A stretch of 64,000 nt of DNA from Candidatus Dormibacteria bacterium (GCA_050733915.1 JBOHUH010000031.1:84-64083); one strand, 5' to 3'; positions 28,886 to 38,186 are shown, counted from the first letter of the stretch. Notes: generated by a model not told the origin, from the sequence alone. A program made the numbers and translations.

Positions 28886-29986
28886 TTGTTGGAGGTGAAG
28901 CTGGCGACCTTGGTTGAACGCCGGTTCGAGGTGCTGCTCGGCGCCTGCTTTTTGGGTGTCGCCTTCGTGGGGCTGACCTGGTGCGTGATGCTCCTGCTCA
29001 AGGCGCTCAACCCGGTCACCTTCCACTTCAACCTCCTGATGGACATCCTGCCCTGGTTCACCGCGGTCCTGCTGCTGCTGGTGCTCTTGGGCCCCCTTTA
29101 CTGGAAGCTGGCGGGCCTGCTGGCGCCCCCTGACGGCGGCCTGGAGCGGCTCGCCGATGCCAGGTACCAGCTGGTGGTGAGCTCCTTTTTCTACCTTTTG
29201 GCTTACAGCCTTGCGATCTGGCTAGCGATGAACCTGCTTCGGATCTGGGATGTCTACGACTTCCACTTCAACCCGCTGGTGGACTGGCTGCCCGCGATCG
29301 TGCCCCCCTTGCTGGCCTGGGCGGTGGGGGCGCCGCTGCTCTGGAAGACCCTGGGCGCCCTCGACCCGCGCACCCCGGTGCAGCGCTGGAGGCCTCCCGA
29401 CCGGAGCCTGGCGGCGGTCCTGGTGGTGCTGAGCGGCGCGCTCCTCACCGGGGGCGGCCTGCTGCTCAACCAGGGCGTCTATGCGGTGTCCCAGGGGCTG
29501 GTGCCCGCGGTCGCCCACAACCTGCTCGGCCTCGGGATTGTGGTCTTCTGCGGTGGCTCTCTGGGGTGGGCAGCCCTGCTGCTGCTGCTCTGGCGGGGCT
29601 GGCATCGCGGCGACCAGCTGCTCCAGCGCAGCAACCCCGCGGATCGCTTCCGAGCCGCCCGCGGGCGGATCCTAACCCACGGCTTTGTGTTGGTCTGCGT
29701 CGCCTTTGGTGTCGTGGCTCTCCTGATGGCGGCCTTCCAGGCCATGGACCCCGCCGACTTCCACTTCTACCTGGCCCTGGACATGTGGTCGGTGGGGGTC
29801 CCGATGTTCGCCGCTTGGCTCCTGCTTCTCGGGGTCAGCTGGGTGGTGCCCGCTCGGCTCGCGCGGCGCGATCCCGCCCACTACGGCCAGGGGCTGGGGG
29901 TGGCACTGGGACCGACCGGCCCCACCGCGGAGCCGAGCTGGGGCTACTCCGAGGCGGGGCTGACCGGATCCCGCCCCAAAGCCTGA
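28886..29986 (+). CDS. polytopic membrane protein with four ~80-aa two-helix repeats (FHF motif)
   Basis: In this 366-aa protein the motif (N/D)xx(T/D)FHF(N/Y)xLxD recurs at codons starting 29021, 29261 and 29759. The 12-mer ttccacttcaac occurs twice at DNA level. The start is uncertain (TTG 28886, GTG 28892 or TTG 28910). Confidence 0.7.
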   Translation: MLEVKLATLVERRFEVLLGACFLGVAFVGLTWCVMLLLKALNPVTFHFNLLMDILPWFTAVLLLLVLLGPLYWKLAGLLAPPDGGLERLADARYQLVVSSFFYLLAYSLAIWLAMNLLRIWDVYDFHFNPLVDWLPAIVPPLLAWAVGAPLLWKTLGALDPRTPVQRWRPPDRSLAAVLVVLSGALLTGGGLLLNQGVYAVSQGLVPAVAHNLLGLGIVVFCGGSLGWAALLLLLWRGWHRGDQLLQRSNPADRFRAARGRILTHGFVLVCVAFGVVALLMAAFQAMDPADFHFYLALDMWSVGVPMFAAWLLLLGVSWVVPARLARRDPAHYGQGLGVALGPTGPTAEPSWGYSEAGLTGSRPKA

Positions 29987-29999
29987 GCCCGGAGGTCCC

Positions 30000-30986
30000 G
30001 TGGGCGGAGCCTCCGAGAGCACTCTCCAGCTGCCCACCGGGCTCAATCTGGACGCCTCCCTGGAGCGCTTCTCCCGCCATGGCGACGATCTCATGGACCG
30101 CTGGGACGGTCATGCCTTCCGGCGACCCTTCCGGCTGGGTAGCGAGGTGGGCGCGCTCCGGTTGCGGCGCACCGATCGGGCAGGGAGGCTGCGGGTCACC
30201 GTGGTACCAGGGGAGGCGGGCCGGGCGCTGACGCCCCGGCTGGGGAGGATGTTCGTCGACGAGCAGCGGGCCCTGGCCGAGCTCTGTCGGCGTGACCTGG
30301 TGATCGCTGCCCTGAGCCGGCTCCACCGGGGTCTCTTCCCGGTGCTCTGGCTCGACCCATTGGCCGCCCTCCTGGTCATGGTCAGCGCCCAGCAGGTGAA
30401 CCTCGCCTTCGCGCTCAGCGTCCGGCGGGCGATCCTGGAGCGCTTGGGCCGGCGCCTCGAGCTCGCGGGTGACTTCGTGCTGGTCCCCGATCCCGAGCGG
30501 ATGGCGAAGGCCTCAGATGAGGTCTGGGGCTCGCTCCGGCTGACCCGGGCCAAGGCCCGCTGCCTCAGGGCTCTGGCGGCGGCGCTGAACTCGGGCCGGC
30601 TCTCCTTCGAAGCGCTGGCGGACGCCAGCGACGCCGAGGTGATCGGGCAGCTCACCGAGCTCCCCGGGATCGGGCCTTGGACCGCCAGCCAGTACCTGTC
30701 CCGGGTCCTGGGGCGGCCGGTGGTGGTGGCCGGGGACCTCGGGGTGCGGAAGGCCGTCCAGTTGGCCTACGGGCTTGAGCGACTGCCCCTGCCTCACGAG
30801 GTGCTGGAGATCACCGCAGGTTACGGCACCGCCACCTTCACCGCCCAGCAGCTGCTCCTCTACCACCTCGGGCGGGTCGCCCACACCGGGGCGGCCCGGC
30901 GGGCGCGATCCTCTGCTGAGGTGAGCGCAGGGGGAGGGGCGTCCGATCTCGAGCGGGTGGTCCCGGCGACGCGGTGTCCGTCTTGA
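30000..30986 (+). CDS. DNA-3-methyladenine glycosylase II family protein (AlkA-like, HhH-GPD)
   Basis: A helix-hairpin-helix block (LTELPGIGPWTASQYL) is followed by a GDLGVRKA segment carrying the catalytic Asp. Confidence 0.8.
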   Translation: MGGASESTLQLPTGLNLDASLERFSRHGDDLMDRWDGHAFRRPFRLGSEVGALRLRRTDRAGRLRVTVVPGEAGRALTPRLGRMFVDEQRALAELCRRDLVIAALSRLHRGLFPVLWLDPLAALLVMVSAQQVNLAFALSVRRAILERLGRRLELAGDFVLVPDPERMAKASDEVWGSLRLTRAKARCLRALAAALNSGRLSFEALADASDAEVIGQLTELPGIGPWTASQYLSRVLGRPVVVAGDLGVRKAVQLAYGLERLPLPHEVLEITAGYGTATFTAQQLLLYHLGRVAHTGAARRARSSAEVSAGGGASDLERVVPATRCPS

Positions 30987-31054
30987 GCGTCGACCCACGG
31001 CCACCTGCGGCGGGGGTTGGAGCGCGGCGGTGGGGCGGCCTTCCCGGGGGCCGG

Positions 31055-31933
31055 CTAACCCCCGGCCGGCACGCGCTCCAGCCGGGCCAGGATCAAGGGG
31101 TCGATGGCCTCCGGCGAGCGCACCCGCTCCTCCAGGTTCTCCTCGGAGACCCAGGCTTCGAGTGCCGCCCAGACCTGCGCGGCGGAGCCTCCGGAGGGAA
31201 GCCGACCGGAGCGCTCCAGAGCGCTCCGGAGCCGGTCCAGGATGGCATCGTCGACGCTTACCAGGCGCTCCGGCGAGACCTTCTCGAAGTAGAGGCGCCA
31301 GAGGTCAAGCAGGCGGGCGAGCTCGGGGATGGGTTTCGGGTCATCCTCCACCCGCAGGTCGATCATCCGGTCGTCGAAGCCCCCGTAGCCACCCTCCTTG
31401 CGCACCACCAGCAGGGCCGCGGACTGCCGGCCCCGGCGGTCCCCCCCCGCCGCATCACCGGCACGGAGCGCCGTCATCAGGCGATCGACCAACTCGCCCT
31501 GGGCGGCCTCGAAGTGGTTCAGCAATGCATCCACCACCTCCGGCCCGGTGAGGATGTTCCCCTGGCAGGCGCAGCCCTTTCCGGTGCGCCCACCGGCCCA
31601 CTCGAAGCACTGCGAGCCGGTGTAGGTGGCGGCCGCACCATGACGGTCGACCACCCCCACCTGGCGGTGCTCTCGGCCGTCGTCGTCTCCGGTGAGCGCC
31701 TCCACCACCTCGCTCGCCGGTCGGCCCGCCTCGAGGAGCTCGAGGGCGCGGTTCTTGTAGGCGGTGTTGGCCATGGCCTGGGTGGCGATCGCCCCGACCT
31801 CGGCACGCGCCGCCGGCACCGCGCTGCCCACCGCCAGGAACCTCGAGGCCACCGCGACGCCCCAGTCGAGCCCGTCGCTGGCCACGATCGAAAAGGTGGC
31901 GATGGGAGGACGGCGGCGCGCCCGGGGGAGCAT
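31055..31933 (-). CDS. DUF1028 family protein with C-terminal PG_binding_2-like domain
   Basis: The TFSIVA...GVAVASRFLAVG...ATQA core is typical of DUF1028. The start is set at ATG 31933, which leaves 12 residues before the TFSIV segment. Confidence 0.8.
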   Translation of the reverse strand: MLPRARRRPPIATFSIVASDGLDWGVAVASRFLAVGSAVPAARAEVGAIATQAMANTAYKNRALELLEAGRPASEVVEALTGDDDGREHRQVGVVDRHGAAATYTGSQCFEWAGGRTGKGCACQGNILTGPEVVDALLNHFEAAQGELVDRLMTALRAGDAAGGDRRGRQSAALLVVRKEGGYGGFDDRMIDLRVEDDPKPIPELARLLDLWRLYFEKVSPERLVSVDDAILDRLRSALERSGRLPSGGSAAQVWAALEAWVSEENLEERVRSPEAIDPLILARLERVPAGG

Positions 31934-31956
31934 GGCTGGCAGGATAACCGGTAGAC

Positions 31957-32841
31957 ATGCCAGCCCAGGAACCCGCCGCCACCCCGCGTGAGGAACCGGT
32001 CGCCCCCACCCCGCCCCAACTTGAGCTCTTCGAGTACGTGCCGACACGGGCGCTGGTGGTGGTGGCCCATCCCGATGACGGCGATTTCCTCGCCGCCTCG
32101 GTGCTCTCGGCCTGGTCTCGCCAGGGCTGCTCCGGGGCAGTGTGCGTGGTCACCGACGGTGACGCCGGCAGCGACGACCCCACTATCCCCCCGGGGGAGT
32201 TGAGCAGGACCCGCCTCCAGGAGCAGCGCCTGGCCTCCGCCCACGTCGGGGTCACCGAGGTGCGCTGCCTGGGCTACCCCGACGGTGTCCTGGAGAACTC
32301 CCTGGCGGTGCGCCGCGACCTGGTACGGGTGATCCGGGAGCTCCGGCCTGAGGCGGTGATCACCATGGACCCTGGCAACCGGTGGTTCGGACGCGGTTAC
32401 CTCAACCACCCCGACCATCGCGCTGCCGGGGCAGCCGCCCTCGACGCGGTGTTTCCCAGCGCCCGCGACTCCCGGGCCTTCCCGGAACTGCTCAGGCAGG
32501 AGGGATTGCAGCCGCACAAGGTCCGCTTCGTCTTCGTTGGCGCCGCCTCCGATCCGGACATCGCCATCCCCCTTGAGGCGGGCGACCTGGAGAACAAGCT
32601 GGCCGCCCTCGGTGAGCACCACAGCCAGTTCGAGGCAGGCGATATGCGTGAGGGGATGGAGCGCGGGGCCCGCGAGGTGGGACGGCGCTGCGGAGTGGAG
32701 TTCGCCGAGTGCTACCGCTTCTTCGACTTGGTCCCCAACCCCTCCCAGCGCTCCTACCGCCGGGCGATCCAGGAAGAGGCCGCCATCCGCCAGGGCGAGG
32801 CCCTGCCTGAGGTTGCCGATCCCGCCAGCGACTGGGGCTGA
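31957..32841 (+). CDS. PIG-L (LmbE-like) family deacetylase
   Basis: The blocks VVVAHPDDGDF, VTDGDAGS and NHPDH are characteristic of PIG-L/LmbE zinc deacetylases. Confidence 0.8.
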   Translation: MPAQEPAATPREEPVAPTPPQLELFEYVPTRALVVVAHPDDGDFLAASVLSAWSRQGCSGAVCVVTDGDAGSDDPTIPPGELSRTRLQEQRLASAHVGVTEVRCLGYPDGVLENSLAVRRDLVRVIRELRPEAVITMDPGNRWFGRGYLNHPDHRAAGAAALDAVFPSARDSRAFPELLRQEGLQPHKVRFVFVGAASDPDIAIPLEAGDLENKLAALGEHHSQFEAGDMREGMERGAREVGRRCGVEFAECYRFFDLVPNPSQRSYRRAIQEEAAIRQGEALPEVADPASDWG

Positions 32842-32857
32842 GCCAGAGGCGCTGCGG

Positions 32858-33103
32858 TCAGGCCTTGCGCCGCTTGGCGTCGCCCTCCTGGGAGCGGTGC
32901 TTGGCGCCGCCGCGGTGCCGACGTGCCGGTCGGGGGCCGGGGTTGGGCGGGGCCTTCGCGGAGGTGGCCCGGGCAAGCTCCGCGCTCGCTTCCGAGACCA
33001 AGGTGGCGGTGCGGTTGACCATCACCGTGGCCACCTCGGCCACGGCGCCCAGAGCTCCTCGCCGGGCGGCCTGCTGGCGCAGCCATTCCCCGGCGCCACT
33101 CAC
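32858..33103 (-). CDS. hypothetical small basic-tailed protein
   Basis: This 81-aa ORF runs from GTG 33103. It has a helical core and a Lys/Arg-rich tail, and lies immediately downstream of the 33172-33519 ORF. Confidence 0.35.
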   Translation of the reverse strand: MSGAGEWLRQQAARRGALGAVAEVATVMVNRTATLVSEASAELARATSAKAPPNPGPRPARRHRGGAKHRSQEGDAKRRKA

Positions 33104-33171
33104 CGTATTGGTCAGGGCTCCCAGCAGCGGACTCTCGGGGATCCCTTCGGCCGGTCGGCGCCTTCCGGCCC

Positions 33172-33519
33172 TCAGCGCCGCCTGCCGCCGCTGGCGTCGG
33201 CGGTCGACCGCCGGAGGTGGACCACGGTGGCGGTCGCCAGCCCCAGCACGAGGACGGCCCCCACCACGATCCCCAGCAGCTGGTATCCGAATCCCAGGGC
33301 CACCACCATCCCGGCCACCGCCAGGGCCACTACCGGCGCGCTCAGGCGGGCCAGTAGCCGGGGCAGCCTGCTGCGCCAGCGCAGTCCCCGCCGGACTCGC
33401 GGTCCTTCCGACGGCAGCCGCGCATCCGACAGGGCGCTCCACCACGACGGCGGGACCGGAGCCCCGGAATCTGGCGACTGCTGATCAGGCCGTCGGCGCG
33501 GGTCTGAGCCGTGAGGCAT
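33172..33519 (-). CDS. hypothetical small membrane protein
   Basis: The ORF runs from ATG 33519. A disordered N-terminus is followed by two adjacent hydrophobic helices (APVVALAVAGMVVALGFGYQLLGIVVGAVLVLGLATATVV). Confidence 0.4.
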   Translation of the reverse strand: MPHGSDPRRRPDQQSPDSGAPVPPSWWSALSDARLPSEGPRVRRGLRWRSRLPRLLARLSAPVVALAVAGMVVALGFGYQLLGIVVGAVLVLGLATATVVHLRRSTADASGGRRR

Positions 33520-33559
33520 TCTCGAGACCTGGTGGGTCGGAGGTCGCCAGGCAGGCGAC

Positions 33560-34288
33560 ATGGATGCGCCTAGGATACATCCAGTGACCGCGGCTCCGCT
33601 AGAAAAACCAGCCCTTTCCACTCCCCTCCAGAGCCCCGCAGCCGACCCCCAGCTGAGTCGCCTGCATGCTCGCATCGGAGCCTGTCGGCGCTGTGTCGAG
33701 GTGGGGCTGCTGGGGCACGCCGCCCCGATCCTGCCCGCCCCGACCCGGGCGGGCATAGTCCTGGTCGGGCAGGCTCCCGGGCGGGTGGAGGAGGGGGTGG
33801 GCAGGCCCTTCAGCGGGCGCGCCGGGGGACAACTCTTCCGCTGGCTGGCCGGGGCCGGGCTGGGCGCTGAGGAGGATGTCCGACGCCTGGTCTACCTGAC
33901 CTCGATCACCAAGTGCTTCCCCGGGCCGGCCCGCACCGGGAGCGGAGATCGCCGGCCCTCCCCGGTCGAGGTCGAACTCTGCCGGCCTCATCTGGAGCGC
34001 CAGCTGCGCCTGCTCCAACCCTGGTTGATCCTCCCGGTGGGCCAGATGGCGCTGCGGCGGTTTCTGGGGTCGCTACCGATGCAGCTGGCGGTGGGCCGGG
34101 TCTTCGGCCCCGACTCCAGCCCCCTCAGCGTGCGCCGGGCGCTCGGCTCCTCCGGGCGACCGCTGCTGCTGCCGCTTCCCCACCCATCGGGAGCCAGTCG
34201 CTGGCTTAACCAGGCGCCCCATCGGGAGCTGCTGGCGGAGGCCCTGGCGACCCTCGGCGAGCTGGTCCGCGGAGGTGTCCATCTTTGA
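33560..34288 (+). CDS. uracil-DNA glycosylase superfamily protein (family 4-like, Fe-S Cys pattern)
   Basis: The blocks GQAPGRVEEGVGRPFSGRAG and HPSGASRW are present. Cysteines occur at CRRC, KC and LC positions, consistent with a 4Fe-4S UDG. Confidence 0.8.
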   Translation: MDAPRIHPVTAAPLEKPALSTPLQSPAADPQLSRLHARIGACRRCVEVGLLGHAAPILPAPTRAGIVLVGQAPGRVEEGVGRPFSGRAGGQLFRWLAGAGLGAEEDVRRLVYLTSITKCFPGPARTGSGDRRPSPVEVELCRPHLERQLRLLQPWLILPVGQMALRRFLGSLPMQLAVGRVFGPDSSPLSVRRALGSSGRPLLLPLPHPSGASRWLNQAPHRELLAEALATLGELVRGGVHL

Positions 34289-34327
34289 GATCGGCACCGC
34301 AGCGGTGGCTATACTCGAGCCCAGATC

Positions 34328-34876
34328 TTGGGAGGGCTTGACGACCTGGACCTGGCCTCTGGTCCGCGCACGCCCACGCCCGAGGAGGTCCCGGGGACGG
34401 CAGCCCCCGACGGGGAGACCTCGACCAAGGTCAGGGCGGCCCCGGAGCGCAGCGCCGACGACATCCTGGAGCTCATCTTCACGCCCACCCCCAGGGCCAC
34501 CCCGGCAGAGCAGGCGGAGCGCACCCTGCGCCGCCCCAAAGCGCTGGTCTACGTGGCCATGAGCAACCGCTCCTTCTTCTGGCGCCAGCAGCTGACCAAG
34601 TTTGTCCTCGACGAAGGGCGGGTGCCGATCACCCCCTTCATGATGTTCGACTACTACCTGCTCCACACCGTGCCCAAGGAACTGGTGCGCGAGGCGATGA
34701 ACAACCTCATTGCCCGCTGCGAGGAGATGTGGGTCTTCGGAGCGCTCTCGCTGGGGCTCAAGGTCCAGGTGGGGATCGCCAAGCGCATGCGCAAGCCGGT
34801 GCGCTACTTCGACATCAGCGACCTGCCCTACCGGGTGGTGGGGATCCCCGAGTCGCTGGTCGCTGAGGAGCGCTAG
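34328..34876 (+). CDS. hypothetical protein: disordered N-terminus plus Rossmann-like domain (DUF4406/deoxyribosyltransferase-like pattern)
   Basis: The 182-aa protein starts at a TTG. Its C-terminal 110 aa read ALVYVAMSN...PITPF...CEEMWVFG...GIAKRMRKPVRYF, an alternating beta-alpha pattern. The fold assignment is by eye only. Confidence 0.55.
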   Translation: MGGLDDLDLASGPRTPTPEEVPGTAAPDGETSTKVRAAPERSADDILELIFTPTPRATPAEQAERTLRRPKALVYVAMSNRSFFWRQQLTKFVLDEGRVPITPFMMFDYYLLHTVPKELVREAMNNLIARCEEMWVFGALSLGLKVQVGIAKRMRKPVRYFDISDLPYRVVGIPESLVAEER

Positions 34877-34938
34877 CCCCGGGCCGGCCTGTGCGGGGCC
34901 CGATTAGACCTTGAGGCTCTGCAGGCCCGGCGCCCGCA

Positions 34939-37344
34939 TCAGACCCGCCGCACCAGGTCGCGTTCCAGGCGCTCGCGGGCGCTGCTGACCGCCTTCTGGA
35001 GCGCCCAGCCGGCGAGGCCCTGCTCCAGCTGTCGGGTGAGCGCATAGCAGGCCTTGGTCGCCCGCAGCGCATCCCCGGGGTCCACCCCGGCCGGGGGCTG
35101 GAGCTCGGTGAGGGGAACGCCGCGGGCCCAGTTGTAGACGTAGGCGACGTGGTCCAGAGAGGGGCTCCGACTCTCGGAGAGGCCGTAGCTGGCCTCGGTC
35201 TCGGCGAGCTCGCGCTGGGCCTGCCGCAGCCACTTCGAGACCCGCTCCAGGCGAGGGGTGGGCAGCCGCCGCCTGGGGGAAGGCCGGTCGGGGTTGCGGT
35301 CCTCGGCGGCGAGCATCACCAAGGTGGCGCAGATCTCCTCCGGGGCCATCCCGTCCAGCCAGCCCTCGGCGACCGCCTGGGAGACCAGCAGGGTGTTCTC
35401 CCCGTAGACGGCGGCCGCCAGCAGTCCCAGCCGGGTGGGTCGGTCCCCGGCCAGGTAGCCCAGCTGGGTCAGCACCGACCGGTAAGCCGAGAGCTGACCG
35501 CGGTACTCGTGCTCCCGGGCCACCGCCTCGGCCTCGGCCCCTTCCAGGGCGGACTCAATCTCCTCCACTTCGCGGCGACAGGCGGTGTGGTCGGGGCGGA
35601 TCGGGCAATTGGGGCACGGTGACTGGGCGAGGCGGTGCTCCTCCTGACGGATCTGCCGGCGCAGGCGCTCCAACCTTCCCCCGGGGTCCTGGGTACCCTC
35701 GCCGAAGCGGCCCCGCCGACGGTCCCGGAAGTGTTGGCGGCGGAGCTGGCGGGACCCCTCCCGGGCGGCGGCGATGGCTCGCTCGGCACCCAGGAACTGG
35801 CTCAGGGTGCGCTCGGTACAGGCCACCCGGGGATGGCGGAAGCGGCTCTGGCGCAGGTCCCTCAGGCGCGCCTCGAGGTTGGGCCGGCGCTCCTTGAGGT
35901 TTTCCAGGGCCCGCAGCCGCTGGTACTGACCGAAGGACTGCTCCACCAGCTCCTCGGACTCCTTTGGGGTGTGGCGGCGGAGCAGGTTGAGGGTCATGTT
36001 GTAGGTGGGGGCAAACTTGGACTCCACCGCCATGTCGTTGCCCAGCAGGGTCTCGCAGATCACCCCCAGGTCCACCTCTGGGTCGCGCAGGATCACTCCG
36101 TGGCCGAGGGCGTCGATGCCCCGCCGCCCCGCTCGCCCCAGCAGCTGGGCCAGCTGGCCGCTGCGGAGCGGGGCGAACCCCTGGCCGTCGAACTTGGTGA
36201 AGGTGGAGATGACACAGGCCCGGGCGGGCATGTTCAGCCCCAGGGCCAGGGTCTCGGTGGCGAAGACCACCCGCAGCAGACCCATCTGGAAGAGCGCCTC
36301 GACCGTCTCCTTGACATAGGGGAGGAGGCCCGCGTGGTGCATGGCGATGCCCCGGCGGAGCAGGTCCATCGAGAGCGAGCGGACGTAGAGCTGGGCCTCC
36401 TCCGGGTCCTCCACCTGGGCCAGGCGCTCGGCGAGGAACTCGTCGATCCGGAACTTCTGCTCCAGGGAGGTGAAGTCCACCCGGTGGGTGCTGCAGCGGG
36501 CCAGCGCCTCGCGGCAGCCACGCCGGGAGAAGATGAAGTAGATCGCCGGGAGCATGTCTTGCTCCGCCAATTGGTCCAGGATCCGCAGCAGGTCGTTCTC
36601 CGAGGCCCAGGCTAGCCGGGGCCCGCCGATCCGGCGGTCGCCCGATCGGTCCTGCTGGGCGTGCTCCAGGGTCGCCCGGTCGAGTCGTCCCTGGGAATCC
36701 AGCAGGGGCAGCAGTTGGTTGCGCATCCCCAGCCAAGTGCGCAGCTCCACCGGCCGCTCCTGCCGGATCACCACCGCCATCTCGCCCCGGCGCTGGGTCA
36801 TCCAGTCGGCCACCTCGTCGACATTGGTGATGGTTGCCGAGAGCCCGATGAAGCGCATGTGCCGGGGTGCCTGGACGATCACCTCCTCCCAGACCGTTCC
36901 CCTCGGGTACTCGTCGATGTAGTGGATCTCATCGAGAATCACCCAGGCCACCCGCTCCAGGGAGAGGGGTGACTCGTAGACCAGGTTGCGCAGGATCTCG
37001 GTGGTCATCACCACCACCTTGGCCCCGGGCCGGATCGACGTCTCGCCCGTGACCAGGCCCACGTTGGCCTCGCCGTAGCGCTCGCAGAGGTCACCGAACT
37101 TCTGATTGGAGAGGGCCTTGAGCGGGGAGGTGTAGAGGACCCGCCGTCCGGCGTCGCCGGGGAGGTTGAGGCAGCGCCAGACCACCCACTCCGCGACTAT
37201 CGTCTTGCCACTCGAGGTGGGCGCGCTCACCAGCACCCCCCGGTGGGCGTCGAGGGCCCCGATCGCTTCCAGTTGAAAGGGGTCCAGCTGGAAGGGCAGG
37301 GTGGTCTGGAACTCCGCCAGCCCGGCGGGCAACTCCAGGCTCAA
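34939..37344 (-). CDS. helY: Ski2-like DEAD/DEAH-box RNA helicase (HelY type)
   Basis: The motifs are Walker A APTSSGKT, DEIH, SAT and HHAGLLP, followed by a long C-terminal arch/DSHCT-like region. The TTG start forms a TTGA overlap with the lgt stop. Confidence 0.9.
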   Translation of the reverse strand: MSLELPAGLAEFQTTLPFQLDPFQLEAIGALDAHRGVLVSAPTSSGKTIVAEWVVWRCLNLPGDAGRRVLYTSPLKALSNQKFGDLCERYGEANVGLVTGETSIRPGAKVVVMTTEILRNLVYESPLSLERVAWVILDEIHYIDEYPRGTVWEEVIVQAPRHMRFIGLSATITNVDEVADWMTQRRGEMAVVIRQERPVELRTWLGMRNQLLPLLDSQGRLDRATLEHAQQDRSGDRRIGGPRLAWASENDLLRILDQLAEQDMLPAIYFIFSRRGCREALARCSTHRVDFTSLEQKFRIDEFLAERLAQVEDPEEAQLYVRSLSMDLLRRGIAMHHAGLLPYVKETVEALFQMGLLRVVFATETLALGLNMPARACVISTFTKFDGQGFAPLRSGQLAQLLGRAGRRGIDALGHGVILRDPEVDLGVICETLLGNDMAVESKFAPTYNMTLNLLRRHTPKESEELVEQSFGQYQRLRALENLKERRPNLEARLRDLRQSRFRHPRVACTERTLSQFLGAERAIAAAREGSRQLRRQHFRDRRRGRFGEGTQDPGGRLERLRRQIRQEEHRLAQSPCPNCPIRPDHTACRREVEEIESALEGAEAEAVAREHEYRGQLSAYRSVLTQLGYLAGDRPTRLGLLAAAVYGENTLLVSQAVAEGWLDGMAPEEICATLVMLAAEDRNPDRPSPRRRLPTPRLERVSKWLRQAQRELAETEASYGLSESRSPSLDHVAYVYNWARGVPLTELQPPAGVDPGDALRATKACYALTRQLEQGLAGWALQKAVSSARERLERDLVRRV

Positions 37345-38186
37345 CTGCCGGGTGAGGCGGAGACCCGCTTGGGGTGGAGGCGGACCCCGGGGTTGGTGCG
37401 GCGCCAGGCCAGGATGACCAGGGGCACCCCGATGACCAGCACCCCGAGCGCGGTGAGCTGGGCCTGTTTGAGCCCGAAGGCGATCACCGGGACGTTGACC
37501 GGGTTGCGCAGAAAGAAGATCCCGAGCTGGGTGAGGGGATAGAGGATCAGGTAGGCGATCCCGATCACCCCGTCGGCCACCCCCCGATGCCGCAGCCAGA
37601 GCAAGAAGCCCAGCACCAAGAGGATCACCAGCGCCTCGTAGGCGGCGGCGGGCTGGTAGGCGACCCCCAGCTTGGGGGCGAAGGTGTTGGGGTTGGTGTA
37701 GGCGGTGGCCCAGGGCAGATTGGAGGGGTAGCCGAGGATGTCGCCGTTGATGATGTTGCCGATCCGCCCGATCGGCTGGCCCACCACCGCGAAGAGGACC
37801 CCGGCGTCAAGCAGCACCCAGAAGTTGACCCGCTGTCGCCAGGCCATGAGCAGCAGGGTGGCGCCGCCCAGGAAGATGGCCCCAAAGAAGGCCATCCCTC
37901 CCTGCCAGACCGCGAACGTCTCAAGGGGGTGGGTGAAGTAGTACGCGGCCCCCGACTGGAGGTCGTAGAAGAGCCGTCCCCCAATCAGCGCGAGGACGAT
38001 GGTCCAGAAGGCGATCAGCCCCGAGCTGCCCCGGGGGATGCCATGGCGCTCGGCATAGGGCAGGGCCACCTGGAGGCCCACCAGGATGGCCACCGCATAC
38101 CCCACGCCGTACCAATGGATGGCCAGCGGCCCCAGGTGGAAAATCGGGTTGATGCCGATCTGGATGACGCCGAGTTGGGGGGTCAC
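37341..38186 (-). CDS. lgt: prolipoprotein diacylglyceryl transferase
   Basis: The IHWYGVGYAVAILVG, GGRLFY and GRIGNIINGD blocks are present. The GTG start forms a GTGA overlap with the DUF503 gene. Confidence 0.9.
   Translation of the reverse strand: MTPQLGVIQIGINPIFHLGPLAIHWYGVGYAVAILVGLQVALPYAERHGIPRGSSGLIAFWTIVLALIGGRLFYDLQSGAAYYFTHPLETFAVWQGGMAFFGAIFLGGATLLLMAWRQRVNFWVLLDAGVLFAVVGQPIGRIGNIINGDILGYPSNLPWATAYTNPNTFAPKLGVAYQPAAAYEALVILLVLGFLLWLRHRGVADGVIGIAYLILYPLTQLGIFFLRNPVNVPVIAFGLKQAQLTALGVLVIGVPLVILAWRRTNPGVRLHPKRVSASPGS

Noticed and set aside
33172-33175. Further CTGA stop/start-like junctions occur at 33172-33175 and 52027-52030. I considered them as additional CTG-initiated genes.
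   Set aside because: In both cases a canonical in-frame start (GTG 33103, TTG 42 in the window coordinates 52042) lies shortly downstream. No conserved motif is stranded upstream. C before TGA is common in this GC-rich DNA, so only the Ppx case is compelling.
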